Under the pieces are notes generated by a model that saw nothing but the letters and a program-made list of their open reading frames with translations, made no database searches and was not told where the DNA came from. From positions 744,001 to 808,000 of the forward strand of contig CM068771.1 of the NCBI GenBank assembly GCA_035084275.1: 64,000 nucleotides of DNA, given 5' to 3'. This DNA is from Hydrolagus colliei (lineage: Eukaryota). Both the position numbers and the translations under genes were made by a program. Positions within the stretch are counted from its first letter, which is position 1, and each line of letters starts with the position of its first letter. Of this stretch, positions 48,701 to 63,138 are shown piece after piece.

Positions 48701-49110
48701 CTACAAAAGGTCAAAAGTGGGGCGTGCGCCTTATACGCGGAGATATATGGTAGATGAAATGGTGGTTAGAGGTGGCCTTGTCAACGATGGTGACATCCGA
48801 GACACTGAGGCCCCAGGTGATAATAATAATAATATTGCTTGCATTTGATATAGAACTTTTGGTTGGTAGAGAAGGAGAATTTTGAGGGAGAGATGGGCAG
48901 CGAGTGAGATGTTCAAACGAGGAATGGGCGATAGGGCAAGTGGTGCCCCGGAGATGAGGGCCACACCACTGCCATGTCGGTTGGGACATGGTGAGAGATG
49001 TAGCCATTAGGTGCGGCATCCTCTAATCAATGAGCTAGAGGACTGTGTCTCCCACACTCTCTCTTTCTCTGTCTCACTCTCTCGCATTATCTCACACTCA
49101 TTGAGACTTA

Positions 49111-50866
49111 ATCATAGAATCATAGAATTTTACGGCACAAAAGGAGGCCATTCGGCCCATCTAGTCTGTGCCGGCTCTTTGAAAAGAGCGATTCAATCCC
49201 ACTGCCCTGCCCGCTCCCATAGCCTAATAGACCCGTTCTCCCTAAATAAAGATCTGATTCCCTTTTAAAAGTTGTTATCGAATCAGCCTCCACCACCTTT
49301 TCAGGCAATGCATTCCAGCCTCCACCACCTTTTCAGGCAATGCATTCCAGATTTTTCACTCGCTGAGTGAAAAAATTTCTCCTCAGCTCCCCTCTACTTC
49401 GCCTTGAAACTATTTTAAATCTGTGACCACGAGTCACAGATTCACCCACGAGTGGAAATAGTTTTTCTCTATTTGCCCTGTCGAAACCCCTCATGATCTT
49501 ATAAACCTCTATTAGGTCTCCCCTCAATCTTCTCTGCTCCAGAGAGAATAACCCTAGCCTATCTAGCCTCTCCTCATAGCTGAAGTCCCTCAATCCTGGC
49601 GCCATCCTAGTAAATCTTCGTTGTACCCTTTCCAATGCCTTCACATCCTTTCTGTAGTGTGGTGACCAGAATTGAACACAGTATTCCAGCTGAGGCCTCA
49701 CCAAAGTCCTATAGAGGTTAGTCAGCACTTCCTGACTTTTGTACTCTATACCCCTATTTATAAAGCCTAGTATCCCATATGCCTTCTTAACAGCCTTGTC
49801 TACCTGTCCTGCCACCTTCAACGAGTCACTAACACAAATCCCCAGGTCTCTCTGTTCCTTTACACCATTTAAAATTGTACTATCTAGCCTATATTGCCTC
49901 CCTTCATTTCTTCTCCCAAAATGCATCACCTCACACTTCTCTGCATTAAACTTCATCTGCCATGTGTCTGCCCACTTTACCAATTTGTCTATATCCTCTT
50001 GCAGATGGCTACTATCCTCCTCACTGTTTACTATTCTCCCTAACTTAGTGTCATCTGCAAACTTGGAAACTGTACTCCGTACACCCAAGTCCAGATCATT
50101 GATGTAGATTACAAACAGCAATGGTCCCAAAACCGATCCCTGTGGCACACCACTGCTCACTTCCCTCCAATCTGAAAAACAGCCGCTCACTACAACTCTC
50201 TGCTTTCTGTCTCGCAGCCAGTTGTGGATCCACGCTGCCTCTGTCCCTTTTACGCCATGGGCCTTTAATTTCATAATAAGTCTCTCATGTGGCACTTTGT
50301 CAAATGCCTTTTGAAAGTCCATGTAAACTACATCAACTGCGCTACCATTATCCACCCATTCCGTTACCTCATCAAAAAATTCTATCAGATTTGTAAGGCA
50401 AGATTTGCCTTTAACAAATCCATGTTGACTGTCCTTTATTAGCCTATATCTTTCTAAGTGAAGATCTACCTTGTCCCTGATTATGGACTCTAGAAGTTTG
50501 CCCACTACCGACGTTAGACTGACTGGTCTGTAGTTACCAGGCTTGCCCTTCTGCCCCTTTTTATACAAGGGAGTAACATTAGCTATCCTCCAGTCCTCTG
50601 GCACGACCCCTGTGTCCAAGGAAGATTGAAAGATCGTGGCCAGAGTCCCTGCTATTTGCTCCCGTGCCTCACTTAGTAACCTAGGGTGCATCCCATCCGG
50701 ACCAGGTGACTTATCCACCTTGAGCGACGTCAACCTTTTTAGCACTTCCTCTCTGGTTATAATTATTCTATCCATTTCTCCTACCCTCTCCTCTAATACC
50801 ATGGCATTGGCTGTATCCTTTTCTTTTGTGAAGACAGAGGCGAAGTACTCATTCAGTACATCAGCC
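49111..50866 (-). mobile_element. Young 5'-truncated CR1 with an uninterrupted RT ORF
   Basis: ORF 49333-50880 (515 aa) covers the whole RT; atcatagaat tail at 49111; ctta on both flanks; small duplication near the 3' end breaks the C-terminus. Confidence 0.96.
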
Positions 50867-52221
50867 TTATACACTATCACACTCTGTCACTCTCACACAA
50901 ACTCACCCACAACAACAGTCACTGCGCTTTACTGTGAGTCACACATGAAACATAGTCACTACACTTTAGAGTCTGTCTCACCCACAAAACACAGTCACTA
51001 CACTGACCCCATCGGCCCTCTCGGTCACTCACTCACCTTTTCTGAATTCATTGGTCAAGTGTTGCTTTGCCAGCATGTGACCAGGGGGACAATAGCAGCA
51101 CGTGACCCGGGGGGGGACAATAGCAGCACGTGACCAGGGGGGACAATAGCAGCATGTGACCAGGGGGACAATAGCAGCACGTGACCCGGGGGGGGGACAA
51201 TAGTAGCACGTGACCAGGGGGAGGAACAATAGCAGCACGAGACCAGGGGGGGACAATAGCAAGGGGAGGGCTGCTCTAGGATCTTTGCCAACCTCTGAGG
51301 TGCAGGACAAGGCCAGGGCACAATGCTCCGCTCATCTGGCAAACTACAGTTCTGTAGCTCCCTCTCTCTCTCCATGGCTGCCTGCCTGCCTCTCTCCCTC
51401 CCTACCTGCCTGCCTCTCTCTCTCCCTACCTACCTGTCTCTCCTGTCTCTCCTCCCTTCTGCCGGCAATATCATTGAAAATGCTTCCGTTTTTTTTTCAC
51501 CAAGAAAAGTTCAAAATTGGGGGGTGTGCCTTATACGCGGAGATATACGGTAGATGAAATGGTGGTTGGAGGTGGCCTTGTCAACGATGGTGACATCCGA
51601 GACACTGAGGACCCGGGTGATGATAATAATAACAATAATATTCCTTGCATTTGATATAGAACTTTTCACATCTTATGAATGGATCAAAGTGCTTCACAGA
51701 ATATACTGTAAAGTGAATTGACTGTATATTTGTGGGCAAAATCAGGTCAAGCGAGTGACCAAGAATGTGTTTGCAGAGTAGATGTGAAAGGAGAGGTTGA
51801 GATAGGAGATGAGAGGAGGGAGGAGAAGTCTGAGGAGGTCATGTAATAGGGCATGAATTGGAGGTTCAAATCGCCGAGGATGATGAGGCGATAGGAGCGG
51901 AGGCAGAAGGATGCTAGGGGGGTGGAAATGTCAGAGACGAAGATGGGGGAGGATTTTGGGGGTTGGTAGAGAAGGAGAATTTTGAGGGAGAGATGGGCAG
52001 CGAGTGAGATGTTCAAACGAGGAATGGGCGATAGGGCAAGAGGTGTCCCGGAGATGAGGGCCACACCACTGCCATGCCGTTTGGGACATTGTGAGAGATG
52101 TAGCCATTAGGTGCGGCGTCCTCTAACCAATGAGCTAGAGGACTGTGTCTCTCACACTCTCTCTTTCTCTGTCTCACTCTCTCGCATTGTCTCACACTCA
52201 CTGAGACTTACACACTATCAC

Positions 52222-54950
52222 CAGGCCCGTACGCAGGGGAGGTGCGACGTGTGCGTACGCACCCCCCCAAATTATAAAAGGTCCACATTTTCCGGGGTAG
52301 AGAATGGCGTTGTTTTGCGTAGAATTCCCTTATTGCAGAATTTTGCCCAAAACCATTTTAAAATCCATATACTTTTACAGTAATATCACTACCTTCAACA
52401 GTCCTCTCAGAATTCATCAGAAATATCCATCAGTTTTGTTAACTATGAGGCTGCTTCAACAAAATTCATTTTTGCTGCACTGCATTAATCACAAATTAAA
52501 CCCCCCAAATATTTTGTTCCTGATTACGTTTCCAAAATGTTTCACTACTTATGTTAACATGATCTTCCTATAGTTCATCGTTGTATCGTTCTGATTATTT
52601 CTGTACCACCTCTCAATCATGAAAAGCAATATTTATCTGCCACTCTGTTACTTTTCTCCCAGGCTGTTCGCTGTCCATGGTACCATTACAAGAAAAAGAT
52701 TAGAGACTTTTCACGACGGGAGGATCTCACAATGCGCTAGAAATTCAGCGGTCGGGACCCGTACATGGGGGAGCTGAAGGATTGGGGCAAAATGATGTGA
52801 AGAGGTTAGAGTGCGGCAGAAGGCACGAAAAGTAAGTTCTTGTGACCGGCCTTGCAGCAAGCAAGGGGTAAGAGAGGGGAAGGGACTGTGTGATGGAGTT
52901 CCAGAGTGTGTGGCCAGAGAGGCTGAAAATCCGGCCACCGCAAGGCCGGGTTAATGGAGCATATCGGCCCTTTTTAACAGTGTGTTGTATTCAAGTCTCT
53001 TATGTGGAACATTATGAAACGTATTTTGGAAAATTTATATCAGTTACATAACTTCACCACATTGATACATCCTCTGTGTAACTTCATCATAAAATCTCCA
53101 GCACGTTTGTCAGAAACGAGTTTGCTTGAAGAAATCTCAGTTAGCTGTCCTTGATGAACTATTTTTGCTAGTGAGTGAAAAAATATTTTCTTTTCAGACT
53201 AGTTTGTAAAAAAAAATCAAGCCAATGAATTAGGCTGATCGATTTGAGATCACGGTTTATCCCTCGGCCCTTTTCTATACAGGTGAGTAGCACTTGCAAT
53301 GGTCCAATCCTCTGCCACCATCCTGATGTCAATGCGAATTGGCACATTTTGGTCAACGGTTTTGTTATTTCCACCCTTACATCCCTCAGCAACCTGTTTG
53401 GCATCCAATCTGGACTTGGTTATCTATCTGCCTTTCATCCACATTGTAATAAGGTAATGGTGAAGGACAATGGATGTAGTGCATTTGCTGCAGGATATAT
53501 CGATTCTACAATGCTTCTCGGTGAATTGCTGCCTAATACCCTTGTTAGGAATGTTAAATCCCATGTTATCAAAACAACAGTGTATGAAAACACACTACAT
53601 AAGTAATAATGGTAGTGACGAAATGTCGATGTCAGTAAGGAGGCTACATTGATCTGAAACTGAGTAGTTGCTAAAAAACAAACACTCAGCAGTTATAGAG
53701 ACTTGAACGGTCTAAACGCATTGCACGCTTTAAACATTTGGTGGATTTCTGTACCTCAGTGGTCAGAACGGTCACATTAAAAGCGAGAGCTAAGTATTCA
53801 TTTCAAGGTAGGCACGAAACCTTTGATATGTTTCCAAAGTCTACAAGACTGATAATAATGCATCAAGAAAACAATAGTAAATTTATCATTTCAATCCACG
53901 GCTGTTTGTAGAAGACTGTTGAGCACTGCTGGCTATCAGGTTTCGCCCAAAAATACATACACATTTCATTCAGTAGTATATTCTGTCGAGAGTATGGAGA
54001 CGTCTCTTAGTCGTGAAAAGTGCAATGCCAAATACAACAATGACCATTTATTATTATGTCTGTATGTTATGATGAACCTTATAAAACAGCAGAGATGTCG
54101 CAACTAGAGAACTGTCTTCAGTTCTGATTCCCACGCTGTAGGGAGGATGCCACAGCCTTAGACAGTGTGTAAGCTATATTACCAGGATAGTCCCAGGAAT
54201 GCAGAATTTAAGTTTAATACTGAAAAATGGGGTCTAAGATAACGAGAATCCCAAATATGTGTGTCTATTCCTCCACTGTTTAAGCACATTGTAGAATTTG
54301 TATTATAAATGCTGCCACCATTTTCTATAGTCATATGCAATCTAGCGATACACTCGGTACCAATGCTGTTATATTCTTGTACAAAATCAACAAGTCTAAT
54401 CTTCCGCAATTCTTATTTCCCTGTGTTATTCATACTTATTTTAAAAATAATTATATTATGACCTAGGGCTGAACTGCGTTGAAGTTGTGCAATCCGATAT
54501 ATGCCCGTATCTACTATCGTCTTTCATTATTTTAAAGCATACACATGTCTCCTGTCATGCTTTTAATTATCTGAAGCTGCCTTGAGCTTAATATAGTTCT
54601 ATCTACATTCCTAATTTGCAAGTTGGTTAATCTTTGTCAATACTTCTGCAATTTATGTGTATTAGTAACAGTGTACCTACAGCACGTGTTTGTTAATCTT
54701 CAATCACCTGCTCATCTATCAAATCAAAATAGATTCTATGCAGGTGGTCTTATGCTCGACAGGAATTTTGAAAGCGGAGTTGCATGAACAGGCCCGTACG
54801 CAGGGGGGGGTGCGATGGGTGCGTACGCAAACTGTGTAAAACGTCGGAGCCTCGAGGGGGCTTCGGGGGCAGCCCGCAAGCCCCCGGCCATTGTTGGTCC
54901 CATCACTAGCAATTCGCACCCCCCCATTAAAAATCCTGCGTACGGGCCTG
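52222..54950. mobile_element. 2.7-kb TIR DNA transposon (hAT-like), copy 1
   Basis: 16-bp perfect TIR CAGGCCCGTACGCAGG, 5-bp TSD ATCAC confirmed by the empty site at ~47985-47995, extra direct-orientation TIR at 54789. Confidence 0.88.
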
Positions 54951-56294
54951 ATCACAGTCTGTCACTCTCACACAAACTCACCCACAACAACAGTCACTGC
55001 GCTTTACTGTGAGTCACACATGAAACATAGTCACTACACTTTAGAGTCTGTCTCACCCACAAAACACAGTCACTGCACTGACCCCATCGGCCCTCTCGGT
55101 CACTCACTCACCTTTTCTGAATTCATTGGTCAAGTGTTGCTTTGCCAGCATGTGACCAGGGGGACAATAGCAGCACGTGACCCGGGGGGGGACAATAGCA
55201 GCACGTGACCAGGGGGGACAATAGCAGCATGTGACCAGGGGGACAATAGCAGCACGTGACCCAGGGGGGGGGACAATAGTAGCACGTGACCAGGGGGAGG
55301 AACAATAGCAGCACGAGACCAGGGGGGGACAATAGCAAGGGGAGGGCTGCTCTAGGATCTTTGCCAACCTCTGAGGTGCAGGACAAGGCCAGGGCACAAT
55401 GCTCCGCTCATCTGGCAAACTACAGTTCTGTAGCTCCCTCTCTCTCTCCCTGGCTGCCTGCCTGCCTCTCTCCCTCCCTACCTGCCTGCCTCTCTCTCTC
55501 CCTACCTACCTGTCTCTCCTGTCTCTCCTCCCTTCTGCCGGCAATATCATTGAAAATGCTTCCGTTTTTTTTTCACCAAGAAAAGTTCAAAATTGGGGGG
55601 GGTGCCTTATACGCGGAGATATACGGTAGATGAAATGGTGGTTAGAGGTGGCCTTGTTAACGATGGTGACATCCGAGACACTGAGGACCCGGGTGATGAT
55701 AATAATAATAATATTCCTTGCATTTGATATAGAACTTTTCACATCTTATGAATGGCTCAAAGTGCTTCACAGAATATACTGTAAAGTGAATTGACTGTAT
55801 ATTTGTGGGCAAAATCAGGTCAAGCGAGTGACCAAGAATGTGGTTGCAGAGTAGATGTGAAGGGAGAGGTTGAGATAGGAGATGAGAGGAGGGAGGAGAA
55901 GTCTGAGGAGGTCATGTAATAGGGCATGAATTGGAGGTTCAAATCGCCGAGGATGATGAGGCGATAGGAGCGGAGGCAGAAGGATGCTAGGGGGGTGGAA
56001 ATGTCAGAGACGAAGGTGGGGGAGGATTTTGGGGGTTGGTAGAGAAGGAGAATTTTGAGGGAGAGATGGGCAGTGGGTGAGATGTTCAAACGAGGAATGG
56101 GCGATAGGGCAAGTGGTGTCCCGGAGATGATGGGAACACCACTGCCATGTCGTTTGGGACATTGTGAGAGGTGTAGCTATTAGGTGCGGCGTCCTCTAAC
56201 CAATGAGCTAGAGGACTGTGTCTCTCACACTCTCTCTTTCTCTGTCTCACTCTCTCGCATTGTCTCACACTCACTGAGACTTACACACTATCAC

Positions 56295-59023
56295 CAGGCC
56301 CGTACGCAGGGGGCTTGCGACGGGTGCGTACGCATCCCACCAAATTATAAAAGGTCCACATTTTCCAGGGTAGAGAATGGCGTTGTTTTGCGTAGAATTC
56401 CCTTATTGCGGAATTTTGCCAAAAACCATTTGAAAATCCATATACTTTTACAGTAATATCACTACCTTCAACAGTCCTCTCAGAATTCATCAGAAATATC
56501 CATCAGTTTTGTTAACTATGAGGCTGCTTCAACAAAATTCATTTTTGCTGCACTGCATTAATCACAAATTAAACCCCAAATATATTTTGTTCCGGATTAC
56601 ATTTCCAAAATGTTTCACTACATGATCTTCCTATAGTTCATCGTTGTATTGTTCTGATTCTTTCTGTACCACCTCTTAATCTTGACACGGCAATCATGAA
56701 AAGCAATATTTATCTGCCACTCTCTGTTACTTTTCTCCCAGGCAGTTCGCTGTCCATGGTACCATTACAAGAAAAAGATTAGAGAGTTTTCACGACGGGA
56801 GGATCTCACAATGCGCTAGAAATTCAGCGGTCGGGACCCGTGCATGGGGGAGCTGAAGGATTGGGGCGAAATGATGTGAAGAGGTTAGAGTGCGGCAGAA
56901 GGCACGAAAAGTAAGTTCTTGTGACCGGCCTTGCAGCAAGCAAGGGGTAAGAGAGGGACTGTGTGATGGAGTTCCAGAGTGTGTGGCCACAGAGGCTGAA
57001 AATCCGGCCACCGCAAGGCCGGGTTAATGGAGCATATCGGCCCTTTTTAACAGTGTGTTGTATTCAAGTCTCTTATGTGGAACATTATGAAACGTATTTT
57101 GGAAAACTATATCAGTTACATAACTTCACCACATTGATACATCCTCTGTGTAACTTCATCATAAAATCTCCAGCACGTTTGTCAGAAACGAGTTTGCTTG
57201 AAGAAATCTCAGTTAGCTGTCCTTGATGAACTATTTTTGCTCGTGAGTGAAACAATATTTTCTTCTCAGACTGTAGTTTGTAAAAAAACAAATCAAGCCA
57301 ATGAATTAGGCTGATCGATTTGAGATCACGGTTTATCCCTCGGCCCTTTTCTATACAGGTGAGTAGCACTTGCAATGGTCCAATCCTCTGCCACCATCCT
57401 GATGTCAATGAGAATTGGCACATTTTGGTCAACGGTTTTGTTATTTCCACCCTTACGTCCCTCAGCAACCTGTTTGGCATCCAATCTGGACTTGATTATC
57501 TATCTGCCTTTCATCCACATTGTAATAAGGTAATGGTGAAGGACAATGGATGTAGTGCATTTGCTGCAGGATATATCGATTCTACAATGCTTCTCGGTGA
57601 ATTGCTGCCTTATACCCTTGTTAGGAATGTTAAATCCCATGTTATCAAAACAACAGTGTATGAAAACACACTACATAAGTAATAATGGTAGTGACGAAAT
57701 GGCGATGTCAGTAAGGAGGCTACATTGATCTGAAACTGAGTAGTTGCTAAAAAACAAACACTCAGCAGTTATAGACTTGAACTGTCAAAACGCATTGCAC
57801 GCTTTAAACATTTTGTGGATTTCTGTACCTCAGTGGTCAGAACGGTCACGTTAAAAGCGAGAGCTAAGTATTCATTTCAAGGTAGGCACGAAACCTTTGA
57901 TATGTTTCCAAAGTCTACAAGACTGATAATAATGCATCAAGAAAACAATAGTAAATTTATCATTTCAATCCATGGCTGTTTGTAGAAGACTGTTGAGCAC
58001 TGCTGGCTATCAGGTTTCGCCCCAAAATACATACACATTTCATTCAGTAGTATATTCTGTCGAGAGTATGGAGACGTCTCTTAGTCGTGAAAAGTGCAAT
58101 GCCAAATACAACAATGACCATTTATTATTACGTCTGTATGTTATGATGAACCTTATAAAACAGCAGTGATGCCGCAACTAGAGAACTGTCTTCAGTTCTG
58201 ATTCCCACGCTGTAGGGAGGATGCCACAGCCTTAGACAGTGTGTAAGCTATATTACCAGGATAGTCCCAGGAATGCAGAATTTAAGTTTAATACTGAAAA
58301 ATGGGGTCTAAGATAACGAGAATCCCAAATATGTGTGTCTATTCCTCCACTGTTTAAGCACATTGTAGAATTTGTATTATAAATGCTGCCACCATTTTCT
58401 ATAGTCATATGCAATCTAGCGATACACTCGGTACCAATGCTGTTATATTCTTGTACAAAATCAACAAGTCTAATCTTCCGCAATTCTTATTTCCCTGTGT
58501 TAGTCATACTTATTTTTAAAATAATTATTTTATGACCTAGGGCTGAACTGCGTTGAAGTTGTGCAATCCGATATATGCCCGTATCTACTATCGTCTTTCA
58601 TTATTTTAAAGCGTACACATGTCTCCTGTCCTGCTTTTAATTATCTGAAGCTGCCTTTAGCTTAATATAGTTCCATCTACATTGCTAATTTGCAAGTTGG
58701 TTAATCTTTGTCAATACTTCTGCAATTTATGTGTATTAGTAACAGTGTACCTACAGCACATGTTTGTTAATCTTCAATCACCTGCTCATCTATCAAATCA
58801 AAATAGATTCTATGCAGGTGGTCTTATGCTCGACAGGAATTTTGAAGGCGGAGTTGCATGAACAGGCCCGTACGCAGGGGGGGTGCGACGGGTGCGTACG
58901 CAAACTGTGTAAAACGTCGGAGCCTCGAGGGGGCTTCGGGGGCAGCCCGCAAGCCCCCGGACATTGTTGGTCCCATCACTAGCAATTCGCACCCCCCCAT
59001 TAAAAATCCTGCGTACGGGCCTG
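56295..59023. mobile_element. 2.7-kb TIR DNA transposon, copy 2
   Basis: Same TIRs and ATCAC TSD; inner TIR at 58863. Confidence 0.88.
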
Positions 59024-60394
59024 ATCACAGTCTGTCACTCTCACACAAACTCACCCACAACAACAGTCACTGCGCTTTACTGTGAGTCACACATAAAACA
59101 TAGTCACTACACTTTAGAGTCTGTCTCACCCACAAAACACAGTCACTACACTGACCCCATTGCCCCTCTCGGTCACTCACTCACCTTTTCTGAATTCATT
59201 GGTCAAGTGTTGCTTTGCCAGCATGTGACCAGGGGGGACAATAGCAGCACGTGACCTGGGGGGGGACAATAGCAGCAGGTGACCCGGGGGGGGGGGACAA
59301 TAGCAGCACGTGACCAGGGGGGAACAATAGCAGCATGTGACCAGGGGGACAATAGCAGCACGTGACCCGGGGGGGGGGAACAATAGCAGCACGTAACCAG
59401 GGGGGAGGAACAATAGCAGCACGTGACCAGGGGGGGACAATAGCAAGGGGAGGGCTGCGCTAGGATCTTTGCCAACCTCTGAGGTGCAGGACAAGGCCAG
59501 GGCACAATGCTCAGCTCATCTGGCAAACTACAGTTCTGTAGCTCCCTCTCTCTCTCCCTGGCTGCCTGCCTGCCTCTCTCCCTCCCTCCCTACCTGCCTG
59601 CCTCTCTCTCTCCCGACCTACCTGTCTCTCCTGTCTCTCCTCCCTTCTGCCGGCAATATCATTGAAAATGCTTCCGTTTTTTTTTCACCAAGAAAAGTTC
59701 AAAATTGGGGGGTGTGCCTTATACGCGGAGATATACGGTAGATGAAATGGTGGTTAGAGGTGGCCTTGTCAACGATGGTGACATCCGAGACACTGAGGAC
59801 CCGGGTGATGATAATAACAATAATATTCCTTGCATTTGATATAGAACTTTTCACATCTTATGAATGGCTCAAAGTGCTTCACAGAATATACTGTAAAGTG
59901 AATTGACTGTATATTTGTGGGCAAAATCAGGTCAAGCGAGTGACCAAGAATGTGGTTGCAGAGTGGATGTGAAGGGAGAGGTTGAGAGAGGAGAGGAGGG
60001 AGGAGAAGTCTGAGGAGGTCATGTAATAGGGCATGAATTGGAGGTTCAAATCACCGAGGATGATGAGGCGATAGGAGCGGAGGCAGAAGGATGCTAGGGG
60101 GGTGGAAATGTCAGAGACAAAGATGGGGGAGGATTTTGGGGGTTGGTAGAGAAGCAGAATTTTGAGGGAGAGATGGGCAGTGGGTGAGATGTTCAAACGA
60201 GGAATGGGCGATAGGGCAAGCGGTGTCCCGGAGATGATGAGAACACCACTGCCATGTCGTTTGGGACATTGTGAGAGATGTAGCCATTAGGTGCGGCGTC
60301 CTCTAACCTAGAGGACTGTGTCTCTCACACTCTCTCTTTCTCTGTCTCACTCTCTCGCATTGTCTCACACTCACTGAGACTTACACACTATCAC

Positions 60395-63138
60395 CAGGCC
60401 CGTACGCAGGGGGGGTGCGACGGGTGCGTACGCACCCCCCCAAATTATAAAAGGTCCACATTTTCCGGGGTAGAGAATGGCGTTGTTTTGCGTAGAATTC
60501 CCTTATTGCGGAATTTTGCCCAAAACCATTTTAAAATCCATATCCTTTTACAGTAATATCACTACCTTCAACAGTCCTCTCAGAATTCATCAGAAATATC
60601 CATCAGTTTTGTTAACTATGAGGCTGCTTCAACAAAATTCATTTTTGCTGCACTGCATTAATCACAAATTAAACCCCAAAAATATTTTGTTCCGGATTAC
60701 ATTTCCAAAATGTTTCACTACTTATGTTAACATGATCTTCCTATAGTTCATCGTTGTATCGTTCTGATTCTTTCTGTACCACCTCTTAATCTTGACACGG
60801 CAATCATGAAAAGCAATATTTATCTGCCACTCTCTGTTACTTTTCTCCCAGGCAGTTCGCTGTCCATGGTACCATTACAAGAAAAAGATTAGAGACTTTT
60901 CACGACGGGAGGATCTCACAATGCGCTAGAAATTCAGCGGTCGGGACCCGAGCATGGGGGAGCTGAAGGATTGGGGCGAAATGATGTGAAGAGGATAGAG
61001 TGCGGCAGAAGGCACGAAAAGTAAGTTCTTGTGACCGGCCTTGCAGCAAGCAAGGGGTAAGAGAGGGGAAGGGACTGTGTGATGGAGTTCCAGAGTGTGT
61101 GGCCAGAGAGGCTGAAAATCCTGCCACCGCAAGGCCGGGTTAATGGAGCATATCGGCCCTTTTTAACAGTGAGTTGTATTCAAGTCTCTTATGTGGAACA
61201 TTATGAAACGTATTTTGGAAAACTATATCAGTTACATAACTTCACCACATTGATACATCCTCTGTGTAACTTCATCATAAAATCTCCAGCACGTTTGTCA
61301 GAAACGAGTTTGCTTGAAGAAATCTCAGTTAGCTGTCCTTGATGAACTATTTTTGCTTGTGAGTGAAACAATATTTTCTTCTCATACTGTAGATTGTAAA
61401 AAAAAATCAAGCCAATGAATTAGGCTGATCGAATTGAGATCACGGTTTATCCCTCGGCCCTTTTCTATACAGGTGAGTAGCACTTGCAATGGTCCAATCC
61501 TCTGCCACCATCCTGATGTCAATGAGAATTGGCACATTTTGGTCAACGGTTTTGTTATTTCCACCCTTACGTCCCTCAGCAACCTGTTTGGCATCCAATC
61601 TGGACTTGGTTATCTATCTGCCTTTCATCCACATTGTAATAAGGTAATGGTGAAGGACAATGGATGTAGTGCATTTGCTGCAGGATATATCGATTCTACA
61701 ATGCTTCTCGGTGAATTGTTGCCTAATACCCTTGTTAGGAATGTTAAATCCCATGTTATCAAAACAACAGTGTATGAAAACACACTACATAAGTAATAAT
61801 GGTAGTGACGAAATGTCGATGTCAGTAAGGAGGCTACATTGATCTGAAACTGAGTAGTTGCTAAAAAACAAACACTCAGCAGTTATAGAGACTTGAACTG
61901 TCTAAACGCATTGCACGCTTTAAACATTTGGTGGATTTCTGTACCTCAGTGGTCAGAACGGTCACATTAAAAGCGAGAGCTAAGTATTCATTTCAAGGTA
62001 GGCACGAAACCTTTGATATGTTTCCAAAGTCTACAAGACTGATAATAATGCATCAAGAAAACAATAGTAAATTTATCATTTCAATCCACGGCTGTTTGTA
62101 GAAGACTGTTGAGCACTGCTGGCTATCAGGTTTCGCCCAAAAATACATACACATTTCATTCAGTAGTATATTCTGTCGAGAGTATGGAGACGTCTCTTAG
62201 TCGTGAAAAGTGCAATGCCAAATACAACAATGACCATTTATTATTATGTCTGTATGTTATGATGAACCTTGTAAAACAGCAGTGATGTCGCAACTAGAGA
62301 ACTGTCTTCAGTTCTGATTCCCACGCTGTAGGGAGGATGCCACAGCCTTAGACAGTGTGTAAGCTATATTACCAGGATAGTCCCAGGAATGCAGAATTTA
62401 AGTTTAATACTGAAAAATGGGGTCTAAGATAACGAGAATCCCAAATATGTGTGTCTATTCCTCCACTGTTTAAGCACATTGTAGAATTTGTATTATAAAT
62501 GCTGCCACCATTTTCTAGTCATATGCAATCTAGCGATACTCTCGGTACCAATGCTGTTATATTCTTGTACAAAATCAACCAGTCTAATCTTCCGCAATTC
62601 TTATTTCCCTGTGTTATTCATACTTATTTTTTAAATAATTATTTTATGACCTAGGGCTGAACTGCGTTGAAGTTGTGCAATCCGATATATGCCCGTATCT
62701 ACTATCGTCTTTCATTATTTTAAAGCGTACACATGTCTCCTGTCCTGCTTTTAATTATCTGAAGCTGCCTTTAGCTTAATATAGTTCCATCTACATTGCT
62801 AATTTGCAAGTTGGTTAATCTTTGTCAATACTTCTGCAATTTATGTGTATTAGTAACAGTGTACCTACAGCACGTGTTTGTTAATCTTCAATCACCTGCT
62901 CATCTATCAAATCAAAATAGATTCTATGCAGGTGGTCTTATGCTCGACAGGAATTTTGAAAGCGGAGTTGCATGAACAGGCCCGTACGCAGGGGGGGGTG
63001 CGACGGGTGCAAACGCACACTGTGTAAAACGTCGGAGCCTCGAGGGGGCTTCGGGGACAGCCCGCAAGCCCCCGGCCATTGTTGGTCCCATCACTAGCAA
63101 TTCACACACCCCCATTAAAAATCATGCGTACGGGCCTG
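60395..63138. mobile_element. 2.7-kb TIR DNA transposon, copy 3
   Basis: Same TIRs (one mismatch on the right) and ATCAC TSD; inner TIR at 62977. Confidence 0.88.

Noticed and set aside
51070-51260. CRISPR-like regularly spaced repeats
   Set aside because: Eukaryotic minisatellite with no unique spacers and no cas genes.
53244-53606. 120-aa ORF conserved in three copies (53244, 57320, 61434)
   Set aside because: Conservation reflects recent tandem duplication; it is partly antisense to a CR1 scrap and has no recognisable domain.
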